Under the pieces are notes generated by a model. It was not told the origin of the DNA, did not search any database, and saw only the letters and a list, made by a program, of their open reading frames with translations. From assembly GCA_018819225.1 (NCBI GenBank), contig JAHJQN010000003.1, forward strand, positions 128,001 to 192,000: a DNA stretch of 64,000 nucleotides, written 5' to 3'. Within the stretch, counting starts at the first letter, position 1. Each line of letters starts with the position of its first letter. Position numbers and translations under genes: made by a program. The stretch is from Candidatus Micrarchaeota archaeon (GTDB taxonomy: Archaea; Micrarchaeota; Micrarchaeia; Norongarragalinales; SBBD01). Shown in pieces: positions 1 to 8,138 of this stretch.

Positions 1-2
1 TA

Positions 3-425
3 TACCCGTACCGCGACTACCCCGCCATACGCCTCCGAGCAAAAGAAGACGATTACTTGTTGGAAGTGCAAACCGTCGAGCGCACGTGGCAAGGTATCGA
101 GAACTGTTCCGGTGGAGAGCGCAGCTGTGCGGCGTTGGCGTTACGCGTCGCATTCGCCATGGTGCTCACTCCCGGCGCGTCTTGGATCATTCTGGACGAG
201 CCCACGCATAATTTGGATGCGCAAGCCGTTCAACGATTGTCGGCCGTGCTGCGCGAGCAACTCCCCGGCATCGTCGAACAAACGTTTATTGTCACGCACG
301 ACGAATCCCTCAAAGAAGGAGCCTCATCGAAAGCGTTCTTCTTTGAGCGCGACAAGGAAAAAGGAGGGGTAACGGTTGTTGAAGAGCTTAGCGCGTTGAA
401 CCCCTCTCAAGAAGTCGACCGCTAA
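3..425 (+). CDS. rad50: DNA double-strand break repair ATPase Rad50, C-terminal part (runs off the window start)
   Basis: ABC signature CSGGER, Walker B/D-loop IILDEPTHNLD and IVTHD H-loop; frame is open from position 3. Confidence 0.85.
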   Translation, partial: YPYRDYPAIRLRAKEDDYLLEVQTVERTWQGIENCSGGERSCAALALRVAFAMVLTPGASWIILDEPTHNLDAQAVQRLSAVLREQLPGIVEQTFIVTHDESLKEGASSKAFFFERDKEKGGVTVVEELSALNPSQEVDR

Positions 426-894
426 ACTGAAAAAAGATTTCAAAGACGAGTACGAGACCGACGAGCGAATAGTCTCCGGCAAACATCGACAACAGGAAGG
501 CTCCCGCAACGAGTGCGAAACGGTGTTGAATGGCCAACGCACCGATCCGCGTATGAGATAAAGAAGCAGTGGATTTCAGCTCTTCTGCCAGCCATGCGAT
601 GAACGCCAGCACCGCGAACGGAAGCAGCATGGGAATGAGTATTCCCCTATAAACGGCGATCGCAAGCGCGAATAAGAACATGAATCCGTCTTGAAGGGAA
701 ACGCCTTGACCATGCAAGAGTCTGGCCACGAACAAGGCAATGAAAACGCTGGACGCCTGCGGGGAAAACGAGAGCAGCAGCCCCAAATAATAACCGGCTA
801 AAGCGGCAAACGCCCACCGCCAAATACCGTGCGAAACATCGACGCCCTTCCAAAGGATGCCTGACAGCGCCGAAAAAAGATAGGCGTACGGCAT
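388..894 (-). CDS. Hypothetical multi-pass membrane protein
   Basis: 168 aa with several hydrophobic segments; directly downstream of dys on the same strand. Confidence 0.6.
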   Translation of the reverse strand: MPYAYLFSALSGILWKGVDVSHGIWRWAFAALAGYYLGLLLSFSPQASSVFIALFVARLLHGQGVSLQDGFMFLFALAIAVYRGILIPMLLPFAVLAFIAWLAEELKSTASLSHTRIGALAIQHRFALVAGAFLLSMFAGDYSLVGLVLVFEIFFQFSGRLLERGSTR

Positions 895-900
895 GAGCGC

Positions 901-1809
901 TCACAACAACGCGTATAATAATGGGAATGCGAGCGTGGCCTCGGCGTGAACCACCGCCGTTTGACCCGTCGAGCGCACTTTCCCCCAGGACTTCGCTTCC
1001 CGCGTGTGCGCACCTGAAAGCGAGCCGTCACGCTCGAACGCCGTCGTCAAGTATACCGCGTAATCCAACCCCCCGCGCAACAAATTGCTCGCAATCGTGT
1101 AATGCTTGGAAATCCCGCCTCCCAGAATCCATGCGCCCGTTCGTTTGGACGCCAACAGCGTGGTCGCGAGCTCCGGCATGTCGCCCGTCGCATCCAAAGA
1201 AAACGAGGGATGATCCTGCTTGTAAAAGTAAAGCTGCAGGCCAATCGCGGAATCCACGAGGCCCGGAGAATACACGGGAATGCGATGCCGGTAACACGAA
1301 GCCAGAAACGAACGCTTGCGCTGTTGATGCAATTGTTTGCCTATCTCGAACGCGAGCGCGCTGGCAGAAACCGGATGCGTTTCATCATGCACGCGTTTGA
1401 GAACCGGCTGCAACCACTTCTCCAAGAAAACGTAATGCGCGTTCGGAATGTGGATGTTGCCCAAGCGATTCACGTCTTGTTGATGCAGTTGGGTATCATC
1501 ATCCTCGAACGAACCCAATTGATAGGAACGAAACGCGCGCAGAATATCGTGATCCAGCGCCCCCCCTGCCGCCACCACTCCATGAAAACGTTTCGCTTCC
1601 GCCATGTCGATAAACAGGCCACGCAAGCCCGTCGCCATTAAGTTCGAGGTCAATGACATGAAACGCGTGCAGTGCTGGTCAGCGAGCATTCGGCGGGAAA
1701 TCGCAGCCGCTCGAGCGAGTTCAGAAGACTGCAAACCCGTTGACGCCAATTGTTTTCCTAGCCCTTTGAGAGTCGTGTCACGCGACACACGCAAATCCGT
1801 AATGTTCAT
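901..1809 (-). CDS. dys: Deoxyhypusine synthase
   Basis: Motifs TSNLMATGLRG, NRLGNI, ILGGGISKH, DGSLSGA and EAKSWGKV (catalytic Lys); start placed at MNITDL, overlapping the upstream stop. Confidence 0.93.
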   Translation of the reverse strand: MNITDLRVSRDTTLKGLGKQLASTGLQSSELARAAAISRRMLADQHCTRFMSLTSNLMATGLRGLFIDMAEAKRFHGVVAAGGALDHDILRAFRSYQLGSFEDDDTQLHQQDVNRLGNIHIPNAHYVFLEKWLQPVLKRVHDETHPVSASALAFEIGKQLHQQRKRSFLASCYRHRIPVYSPGLVDSAIGLQLYFYKQDHPSFSLDATGDMPELATTLLASKRTGAWILGGGISKHYTIASNLLRGGLDYAVYLTTAFERDGSLSGAHTREAKSWGKVRSTGQTAVVHAEATLAFPLLYALL

Positions 1810-2891
1810 ACCAAGAATCCCCACGAGTGCTCGGCATTGCCGACGCCTTCACCCACGTCACGAAGCGTGAGTTCTTTCTTGCGCATTCGGAACCGGAACC
1901 GTTGAACCACGACCGCGTACTCATTGTACAAAAGCTCGGTTTTAAAGGGCAGCCATTTACGTCGCTTCCCCAGTTTCCACAACGCGCGCGCGTAACTCGC
2001 GAGCCCGATTTCCAGCGTGCCTTCCGCATTCTTGGCCGTCACCCGCCAAACCGGACCGTGCTTTCCCCGAACCGCGTTGACACGAAACGAGCGAAACCAA
2101 TGCATCGTCTGAGTCGGCCGATGAAAAAACTCGAGATGCTTCCGGACCACCACGTTCGCTTTGGATTCCAAACCAAATAAATCCTCTTTCACGAGAGAGG
2201 ATCCGAGGCGCGGCGCCATATAACTTAACGTGCTGCCGTCCCGAAAATGCACGATGCTCCACACCCACGGAATCACGGGACGCGTGACATGCACGTTCTG
2301 GAAATAAGCGGTTCCTTTCAGCAATTGCTTTTTACCATTCATCTTGAAAGAAGCGCGGCAAGGCAGGCGGCTGAGTTTCAGAATCCGGTACTCGAATTTC
2401 TTGAAAAAGCGATTATGTCGCACGTCCGGTTTTGAACCCGGGCCTACTAATGGCATCGAAAAATGCATGTTCACGCCTTCCTTTTCGAGCCAAACGTCCA
2501 TTCGTTTTCCTCGGTGTTGGAAGGTTCCTTTTTGTTTCGTAAGTGAAACCAACCGTTTCGTCGCGGGCTCGAGCAACAACGGGCCTTGATCCAACAAAAA
2601 GTTCTCCTTCATTTCCTTCCCGTCAAAAAACCAGCACGCGATCGCCCCCAATCCCAACTGGCCGCGTTCGAGTTGCAGGAACGGCTTGTCAAGATGCACG
2701 CTCATGTCATTGCATTCCATGCCCCGATCCTTCTTAGTACTCCACAACACCATGAGCTGCAACGGTTTCTCAGGGTTCTTGGGATTATCGAGAAAGAAGA
2801 GCCAAAACCACCACCACCAAACCCCTTTTCTCGCGTTGGAGTGGTCGATTTTCCAAATCGAGTCCATTTCGTTCGGATGCGTTATAGACAT
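1806..2891 (-). CDS. Hypothetical protein, possibly tocopherol-cyclase/AttH-like beta fold
   Basis: Trp-rich WWWWFWLFF and GTAYFQNV...PWVW segments; translationally coupled to dys; the fold call is inference. Confidence 0.55.
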   Translation of the reverse strand: MSITHPNEMDSIWKIDHSNARKGVWWWWFWLFFLDNPKNPEKPLQLMVLWSTKKDRGMECNDMSVHLDKPFLQLERGQLGLGAIACWFFDGKEMKENFLLDQGPLLLEPATKRLVSLTKQKGTFQHRGKRMDVWLEKEGVNMHFSMPLVGPGSKPDVRHNRFFKKFEYRILKLSRLPCRASFKMNGKKQLLKGTAYFQNVHVTRPVIPWVWSIVHFRDGSTLSYMAPRLGSSLVKEDLFGLESKANVVVRKHLEFFHRPTQTMHWFRSFRVNAVRGKHGPVWRVTAKNAEGTLEIGLASYARALWKLGKRRKWLPFKTELLYNEYAVVVQRFRFRMRKKELTLRDVGEGVGNAEHSWGFLV

Positions 2892-2941
2892 GCCAACATA
2901 AGCATCGAAATGCATTTAATACTGTGGAAGCATAAGAAAAA

Positions 2942-3002
2942 GTGATGATGAAAGTGAACAACCACTGACGCGCAAGCGGTTGATGAGGTTGATAGCGTCT
3001 GA
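2942..3002 (+). ncRNA. Box C/D methylation guide sRNA; D' guide predicted to direct Um2552 (E. coli numbering) in the 23S A-loop
   Basis: C ATGATGA 2945-2951; guide AAGTGAACAACCA; D' CTGA 2965-2968; CGC-GCAA-GCG hairpin; C' TTGATGA 2980-2986; 12-nt guide; D CTGA 2999-3002; TATA-like TTTAATA at 2915-2921. Confidence 0.85.
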
Positions 3003-3034
3003 AAACCAATGATCAAGTTACGCGAGCCAGAGCC

Positions 3035-3391
3035 ATGAAGGATTTGGCGCCACGTATTGTCAGAGAGTGCCTATTGACAGAGGGGTTCTTCACCATTAAA
3101 GTAAATGAAAAAGTCATCGGTAATTATTTCAATGAAATTACAAAAAACCTCGGCTTGAAGACGTATGGAAAACCCATTATTTTTTCTCCAGAGGGCCTAG
3201 GCAAGAAAGAAAACCGGGGATATGACGCATTCGAACCGCTGATTGATCCAGGGATTTCTCGGTATGCGCGGTCTCATGCAAGATTCTTATCTTGCATTAT
3301 CTATTCATGCAAAAGTTTCCGGAAAGAAAAGGCTATCGCGTTCACTCGGAAGTTCGTTAAGATGGACGAAGTAGCAGCCTGCCCATTCTAA
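3035..3391 (+). CDS. S-adenosylmethionine decarboxylase-like protein, possibly inactive
   Basis: SpeD/SpeH-like pattern (GYDAF.PLID.GIS...IIYSCKSF); Pro sits where the self-cleavage Ser is expected. Confidence 0.55.
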   Translation: MKDLAPRIVRECLLTEGFFTIKVNEKVIGNYFNEITKNLGLKTYGKPIIFSPEGLGKKENRGYDAFEPLIDPGISRYARSHARFLSCIIYSCKSFRKEKAIAFTRKFVKMDEVAACPF

Positions 3392-3651
3392 CGCTTTCGT
3401 TTTGAATACCATTTCTCGTAATCCTTTTGATTGCCAACGAAATAAACGACTTTCTGATTGGCTTCACACGTGAAAACAATTCGGTACTGCCCGACTTCCT
3501 CTGCGAAAAAATCAAGACCGCTTCGCATATGCCTCCGCGGAGGCTTCTCTCGCATTGCGGCTATCCGCTTGACGAGACGCTTACGAATCGAAGGGTCCAA
3601 GCGATGGAGAGCCTCCGCTGCATCCTCATGCAAGCGGACCGCATAGCTCAT
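3388..3651 (-). CDS. RelE/ParE-family toxin
   Basis: 87 aa with YAVRLHEDA...L..LD..IRKRL and VGQYRIVF; overlaps the antitoxin stop. Confidence 0.75.
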   Translation of the reverse strand: MSYAVRLHEDAAEALHRLDPSIRKRLVKRIAAMREKPPRRHMRSGLDFFAEEVGQYRIVFTCEANQKVVYFVGNQKDYEKWYSKRKR

Positions 3652-3905
3652 ATGCTGACGCCCGCCCTTTTCGCAACGTCTTCAATGGAAACAAGCTTCT
3701 TCTTGCCGCTGCGCACTTCAGCCCTCATCCCTCGAATTTTCTGGGCAACGAGCTTCCGTTCTCTCCCCCCGATCAAAGCGTACTCCCTTCCCAGCTCAAG
3801 AATTCCGGCACGAATGGCTTCCGCTTTCGTTTTGTAGTAGCCTTCTTTTACAAGCTTTTCCAGCACCGTCTCAACGGCGCCCTCCAACCTCACCACGGTT
3901 TCCAC
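3648..3905 (-). CDS. Ribbon-helix-helix antitoxin
   Basis: LEKLVKEGYYKTKAEAIRAGI RHH motif, upstream of the RelE-like gene. Confidence 0.75.
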   Translation of the reverse strand: METVVRLEGAVETVLEKLVKEGYYKTKAEAIRAGILELGREYALIGGRERKLVAQKIRGMRAEVRSGKKKLVSIEDVAKRAGVSI

Positions 3906-4100
3906 TCAAACCACCACTAAAAAGATACCGTTTTGATATATTTAAAGCTTTTGGAGGATGGGCGATACAAAAAGAGGAAAGCAGAAAGGAGGCAACGCGG
4001 TAATCAGGGCGTGACAACAACGACAGCGTCCGAATACTATTTTGGGCGGCAAAGCGGTTCCGAAACGCTTTTGAACGCCTTAACTCTTTCTGTTTAACGG

Positions 4101-4541
4101 GTGGTCGGTTTGGAAGAATGGGGAAAAATAGTGAAGAGCGGCTTGGCCGCCGGAATCGTCATGCTCGTCATTTCGGTCGCGCTCATGCCCGTTTGGAGCA
4201 CATTAATTCCAGGTCAACAAGCCGAGTATGAGAACGAGCATATCTTTCGGCCGTGGAGCGATCCCTTGATGAGCTACGTTTTTGTGCACCCGTTCGTGCT
4301 GGGGTTGCTGATGGCTTACGCGTACACGTATTTCGGGAGAGGCTGGAAGAAAAAGAGCCTGCTCTGCAAAGGAACGTTTTACGGGTTATTGGTATGGCTG
4401 GTGGGCGGACTCCCCGGCATGCTCATGACGATCAGCTCGTTTCAATTATCGAATGCCATGGTACTCTCGTGGACCGTACAAGGCCTGATCGCCACCCTCG
4501 CGGGCGGATTCGTGATCGTCAAACTCTGGGAAAAGAAATAG
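4101..4541 (+). CDS. Hypothetical four-TM membrane protein
   Basis: Four hydrophobic helices; upstream promoter-like AAACGCTTTTGAA. Confidence 0.7.
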   Translation: MVGLEEWGKIVKSGLAAGIVMLVISVALMPVWSTLIPGQQAEYENEHIFRPWSDPLMSYVFVHPFVLGLLMAYAYTYFGRGWKKKSLLCKGTFYGLLVWLVGGLPGMLMTISSFQLSNAMVLSWTVQGLIATLAGGFVIVKLWEKK

Positions 4542-4542
4542 G

Positions 4543-5166
4543 TTATTTGCTCAACGTCGACCGATCAAGGAACCCAGAGAGGATATTATAGTGAGTAAGA
4601 TTTAATGACTTCGCACGAGTGAAATTACGGAGGCCGATCGCGAGCTGCTCATCACTTAATCGCGTCCCAGGTTTACCCAATTGGTCAAGAAATCGAGGAT
4701 TTCGCTCCAGCAAGGAAGGAGTAATGCGCATCCAGAACAAGAATTCGTGAATATGATCACCAACCATTCCCCGAATAACGGGGGGAACGTTTTTCCTTCG
4801 TAAGTATTGAGTAATGGCCGGCATTTCACGAGGAACTCCCGCGAATGCATAGCCGCCAATATGATGATCGTATGCGGATCCGATGGCTTGAGATAACGGT
4901 TCCAATGATTCGCCGAGGGCCCGTTGTTTCTCCGTTGGAATCGCAGGATGATCCCGGATCATTCCGAGGCCGATTCGCCCTTCCCTAATTCCCTTAACCA
5001 ACCGAGCCAGGTTAACGCCCTTTCGATTCAATTCAAGGAACTGAGGTCGCAACGCCGCAAAGTCTTTCTTATGAAGAAGCCCCCGTTCAAACAAACAACT
5101 CATGAGTCGATCCACGCGGAACTCAGGTATGCGAATAGAAAACTGTTCCCCTTCTCGGGACGTCAT
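4543..5166 (-). CDS. Hypothetical basic protein
   Basis: 207-aa ORF filling the gap; no motif recognised. Confidence 0.55.
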   Translation of the reverse strand: MTSREGEQFSIRIPEFRVDRLMSCLFERGLLHKKDFAALRPQFLELNRKGVNLARLVKGIREGRIGLGMIRDHPAIPTEKQRALGESLEPLSQAIGSAYDHHIGGYAFAGVPREMPAITQYLRRKNVPPVIRGMVGDHIHEFLFWMRITPSLLERNPRFLDQLGKPGTRLSDEQLAIGLRNFTRAKSLNLTHYNILSGFLDRSTLSK

Positions 5167-5222
5167 AAATCCCTTCGATACCCCAAGCTATTTATTGGTT
5201 GCTGAAGTACTGGCATTCGCCC

Positions 5223-5918
5223 ATGTTCTCCATCGTTATTCCGACGCATAATGAAGAAAAACGCATTCACGATACGCTGGAAAAGCTTTTGAAGTTTCTC
5301 CACCGATTCCGCAAACCCTACGAGATAATTATCGTGGACGACGGGCACGACCGAACGCTAGACATCGTTTCCGAGTTCGTGCACGTGAAACGCAACCACG
5401 TGCAATTGCTCCGGTTCAACCACCGCCAAGGGAAAGGGAAGGCGCTCGTGGAAGGCATGAAGAAAGCGAAAGGAGATGCGATTATCACGTACGACGCCGA
5501 CGGCGCCGCGCCGCCTAAAGAAATTCCCAAACTCCTCAAGGAATTGAAGCGGTCCGATGTCGTGATTGGAAGCCGGGCGCTCGAACACGCCGTGATCGTG
5601 GGCACGGTTCCGAACCGGAGGCGGATTGCCAGCAAAAGCTTTAACACGCTGATCGATTTTCTGTTTCAATTGGGCGTCAAGGACACGCAATGCGGATTCA
5701 AGGGAATCAAACGCAATAAAATCCTGCCGTTATTGAACCAATTCAAGCAGCACGGATTTGAATGGGACGTCGAGCTCCTCTTGCGAGCCAAAAAAGCCGG
5801 GCTTCGAATCAAGGAAATCCCGATCGAATGGCATCACAAAAAAGAAGGAAAAGTCGTTTATCGAGACGTGATGCGCATGCTGAAAGGCGTGGTCAAGTTG
5901 AAACGCGAAATGGGTTGA
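5223..5918 (+). CDS. GT2 glycosyltransferase, dolichyl-phosphate hexosyltransferase-like
   Basis: SIVIPTHNEE, IIVDDG, YDADG, DTQCGFKG, DVELL. Confidence 0.9.
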   Translation: MFSIVIPTHNEEKRIHDTLEKLLKFLHRFRKPYEIIIVDDGHDRTLDIVSEFVHVKRNHVQLLRFNHRQGKGKALVEGMKKAKGDAIITYDADGAAPPKEIPKLLKELKRSDVVIGSRALEHAVIVGTVPNRRRIASKSFNTLIDFLFQLGVKDTQCGFKGIKRNKILPLLNQFKQHGFEWDVELLLRAKKAGLRIKEIPIEWHHKKEGKVVYRDVMRMLKGVVKLKREMG

Positions 5919-5924
5919 TGCGGA

Positions 5925-6569
5925 ATGTGGGTCGCCAAGTTCAAGGCATGGCACGACTCGCAGTGGCTGCAAAAGACGAAAAACCTCGAAGCCCGTGCAC
6001 GCGTCCATTACCTCAACATTTTCAAAGAGGGAAACAAACGGTTCATCATGAAGGTCATGCTGGTGGAAGGGAAAGACAAAGAGCAACTCATTCAATGTAC
6101 CCTTGACGAGTCGCGATGCCATTCGATTGAAGTTGCCGGGGACCAAGTGTTCTATTATTTGGAAGAAAGCGAGGGATTCTCGAACATGTTGCTGGATCAC
6201 CGAGTGTTTTTCGTGGGTCCGGTGATTATGGAAGGAGGCCAAGAACATTGGACCGTTGCGTCCCACCAGAAAAAGGATTTGACGGAACTCCATAAGAGCT
6301 TAAAACGCTTGCCGTATCGCGCGACCCTTGAATTAGTGAGTTTGAAAAAGGAGACGCCCCACTTTTTTGTTTCGACCGCCATGAGCAAACTGACGGAACT
6401 GGAACGTCGAACGATGGAAATGGCAAGAAACCACGGGTACTTCGAGCATCCCCGCCAGACGAACGCAAAGGAACTGGCGAAAATGCTGAAAGTGCCTCGA
6501 AGCACTTTAACCGAACGATTGCGTAAAGCCGAAGCCAAACTCATACCGGAAGTGCTTGACAGCCGCTAA
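5925..6569 (+). CDS. HTH_10 (Bat-type C-terminal HTH) transcriptional regulator
   Basis: C-terminal LTELERR...A..HGYFEHPRQ...ELAKML.VPRSTLTERLRKAEAKL; paralogue at 45815. Confidence 0.85.
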   Translation: MWVAKFKAWHDSQWLQKTKNLEARARVHYLNIFKEGNKRFIMKVMLVEGKDKEQLIQCTLDESRCHSIEVAGDQVFYYLEESEGFSNMLLDHRVFFVGPVIMEGGQEHWTVASHQKKDLTELHKSLKRLPYRATLELVSLKKETPHFFVSTAMSKLTELERRTMEMARNHGYFEHPRQTNAKELAKMLKVPRSTLTERLRKAEAKLIPEVLDSR

Positions 6570-6576
6570 AGTACAA

Positions 6577-6590
6577 CCGGAATATTCCGG
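6577..6590. promoter_or_regulatory. Perfect 14-bp palindrome CCGGAATATTCCGG, candidate HTH_10 operator
   Basis: Lies between the regulator and the His-swivel gene, just upstream of a TATA-like ATTAAG; related site at 46504. Confidence 0.55.
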
Positions 6591-6638
6591 CGATAGGATT
6601 AAGATCATACCGGCGCATAACGCTTCAAACAGATACGT

Positions 6639-8138
6639 ATGGCTAATTTGGAATGGGAGGTCATTGCCGAACGCGGACGGAGTCACGGCATCCACATCAT
6701 CGAAATCGTGATGGAGACCTACCTCGAAATCGCTTCCGGAAAACGCAAGTCCGAGTATACCGCGAAACAGTACCGCCAGGTCGATGCCGGAAAGCAAAAC
6801 GGTCGCGGCATGGGCTCGCGGGACGTACAACAGTACATCGATACGCTCAAGGAAATGGAGAAAAAGAATCCGAATGCGCTTTATGAACTGGCGCTAACCA
6901 GTGAACGCGATGTGGAGGAAGGGAAACGCGCTGCGGATGCCATCGCCAAAGAAGCGTATGCGCCCCCATCCGAATGGAGCGAACTGGCAGAAGGTATCGA
7001 ATTAATGGGGAACGCGTTTAAGGCGCTCACCCAACGATGCTATCATTACTTGATGATCAACAAGTTCTATCCGGATTCCGTTTCTCAAGCCATTGCGCAG
7101 CGCATAAGCGACCCTCACGAACAAGCAAGAATCGCAAACATTCTATTCACGTGCTCGAAACCCACCGGAATCCGCAAGGAAAAAAAAGAACTCCTGATGC
7201 TGGCTCAGGAAATGAAAAAGAACGCTTGGGACATCCATCGTCCGGAAGTGCACGAGCGATTGACAGCCATTGCAGAGCAATATGGCGCCCTCGGCATTTA
7301 CGTGATGTGGGGCGAGCCATTTACCGCGGAAACATTGAAACCCCGATTGAAGGAACTACTGGAAAGCGATCGCGAAAAAATGGAACAGGCATTGAATAAA
7401 CAGGAGCGAGTTTTGCAAGACACCGAAGACATCATGAAGAAACTGAAATTCACTCCCGAAGAAGCCATCCGCGTGAAAACGATTCAGGAATGGGCATTCG
7501 AAGCGAATAATCGCGACGAAGCATACGGGTATATCACCCGTCAGTGCATTCCCTTGCTGAATGAATGCGCCCGTCGATTCGGGATTTCACGGCACGATTT
7601 GCTGGAAATGCGAAAACACGAAATATTAAAACAACTTGAACGGAAGGAAAAAATGGGTGAGGCGTTCCAAAAGCAGATTGCCGCACGCGATGGAGCGCAC
7701 GCCATCGTACTGGAAAACGGACGCGTCCATCTGTATGAAGGGGCGGAATTCCAAGCCTACTTTGAAAAGGAAATGAAACTCGAGGAAAAAATGCATCACA
7801 TGCAAGAACTCCGAGGCCAAACGGCCTCACCAGGAAGCGTTTCCGGAAACGTGCGCTTGATTCACGGCATTGAGGACGTGCCCAAACTCGAGAAAGGAGA
7901 AATACTGGTGGCTACGGCGACCATGCCCGCGTATGTCCCCGCCATGGAAAAAGCAGCAGCCATCGTCACGAACGAAGGCGGACAGCTTTGCCATGCCGCA
8001 ATCGTTTCCCGCGAATTGGGCGTGCCATGCATTGTTGGAACCAAAATGGCCACGCACGTGTTTCAAGACGGGGAGCGCGTGGAAGTGGATGCGACCCATG
8101 GCGTCGTGCGCAAGCTATCCGTTCAGCGCAAATCGTAG
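6639..8138 (+). CDS. PEP-utilising-enzyme mobile (phospho-His swivel) domain protein with a large helical N-terminal region
   Basis: C-terminal GQTASPG...AAAIVTNEGGQLCHAAIVSRELGVPCIVG; no ATP-grasp or PEP-binding barrel recognisable. Confidence 0.85.
   Translation: MANLEWEVIAERGRSHGIHIIEIVMETYLEIASGKRKSEYTAKQYRQVDAGKQNGRGMGSRDVQQYIDTLKEMEKKNPNALYELALTSERDVEEGKRAADAIAKEAYAPPSEWSELAEGIELMGNAFKALTQRCYHYLMINKFYPDSVSQAIAQRISDPHEQARIANILFTCSKPTGIRKEKKELLMLAQEMKKNAWDIHRPEVHERLTAIAEQYGALGIYVMWGEPFTAETLKPRLKELLESDREKMEQALNKQERVLQDTEDIMKKLKFTPEEAIRVKTIQEWAFEANNRDEAYGYITRQCIPLLNECARRFGISRHDLLEMRKHEILKQLERKEKMGEAFQKQIAARDGAHAIVLENGRVHLYEGAEFQAYFEKEMKLEEKMHHMQELRGQTASPGSVSGNVRLIHGIEDVPKLEKGEILVATATMPAYVPAMEKAAAIVTNEGGQLCHAAIVSRELGVPCIVGTKMATHVFQDGERVEVDATHGVVRKLSVQRKS

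Noticed and set aside
6615-6626. GCATAACGCTTC shared with ~16516 near two swivel-domain genes
   Set aside because: Opposite orientation relative to the genes, and similar to the genome's general AAACGCTT promoter element.
6639-8138. Calling the swivel-domain genes PEP synthase/PPDK or their pseudogenes
   Set aside because: The ORFs are intact with mutually similar architecture, and there are no adjacent remnants of ATP-grasp or barrel domains.
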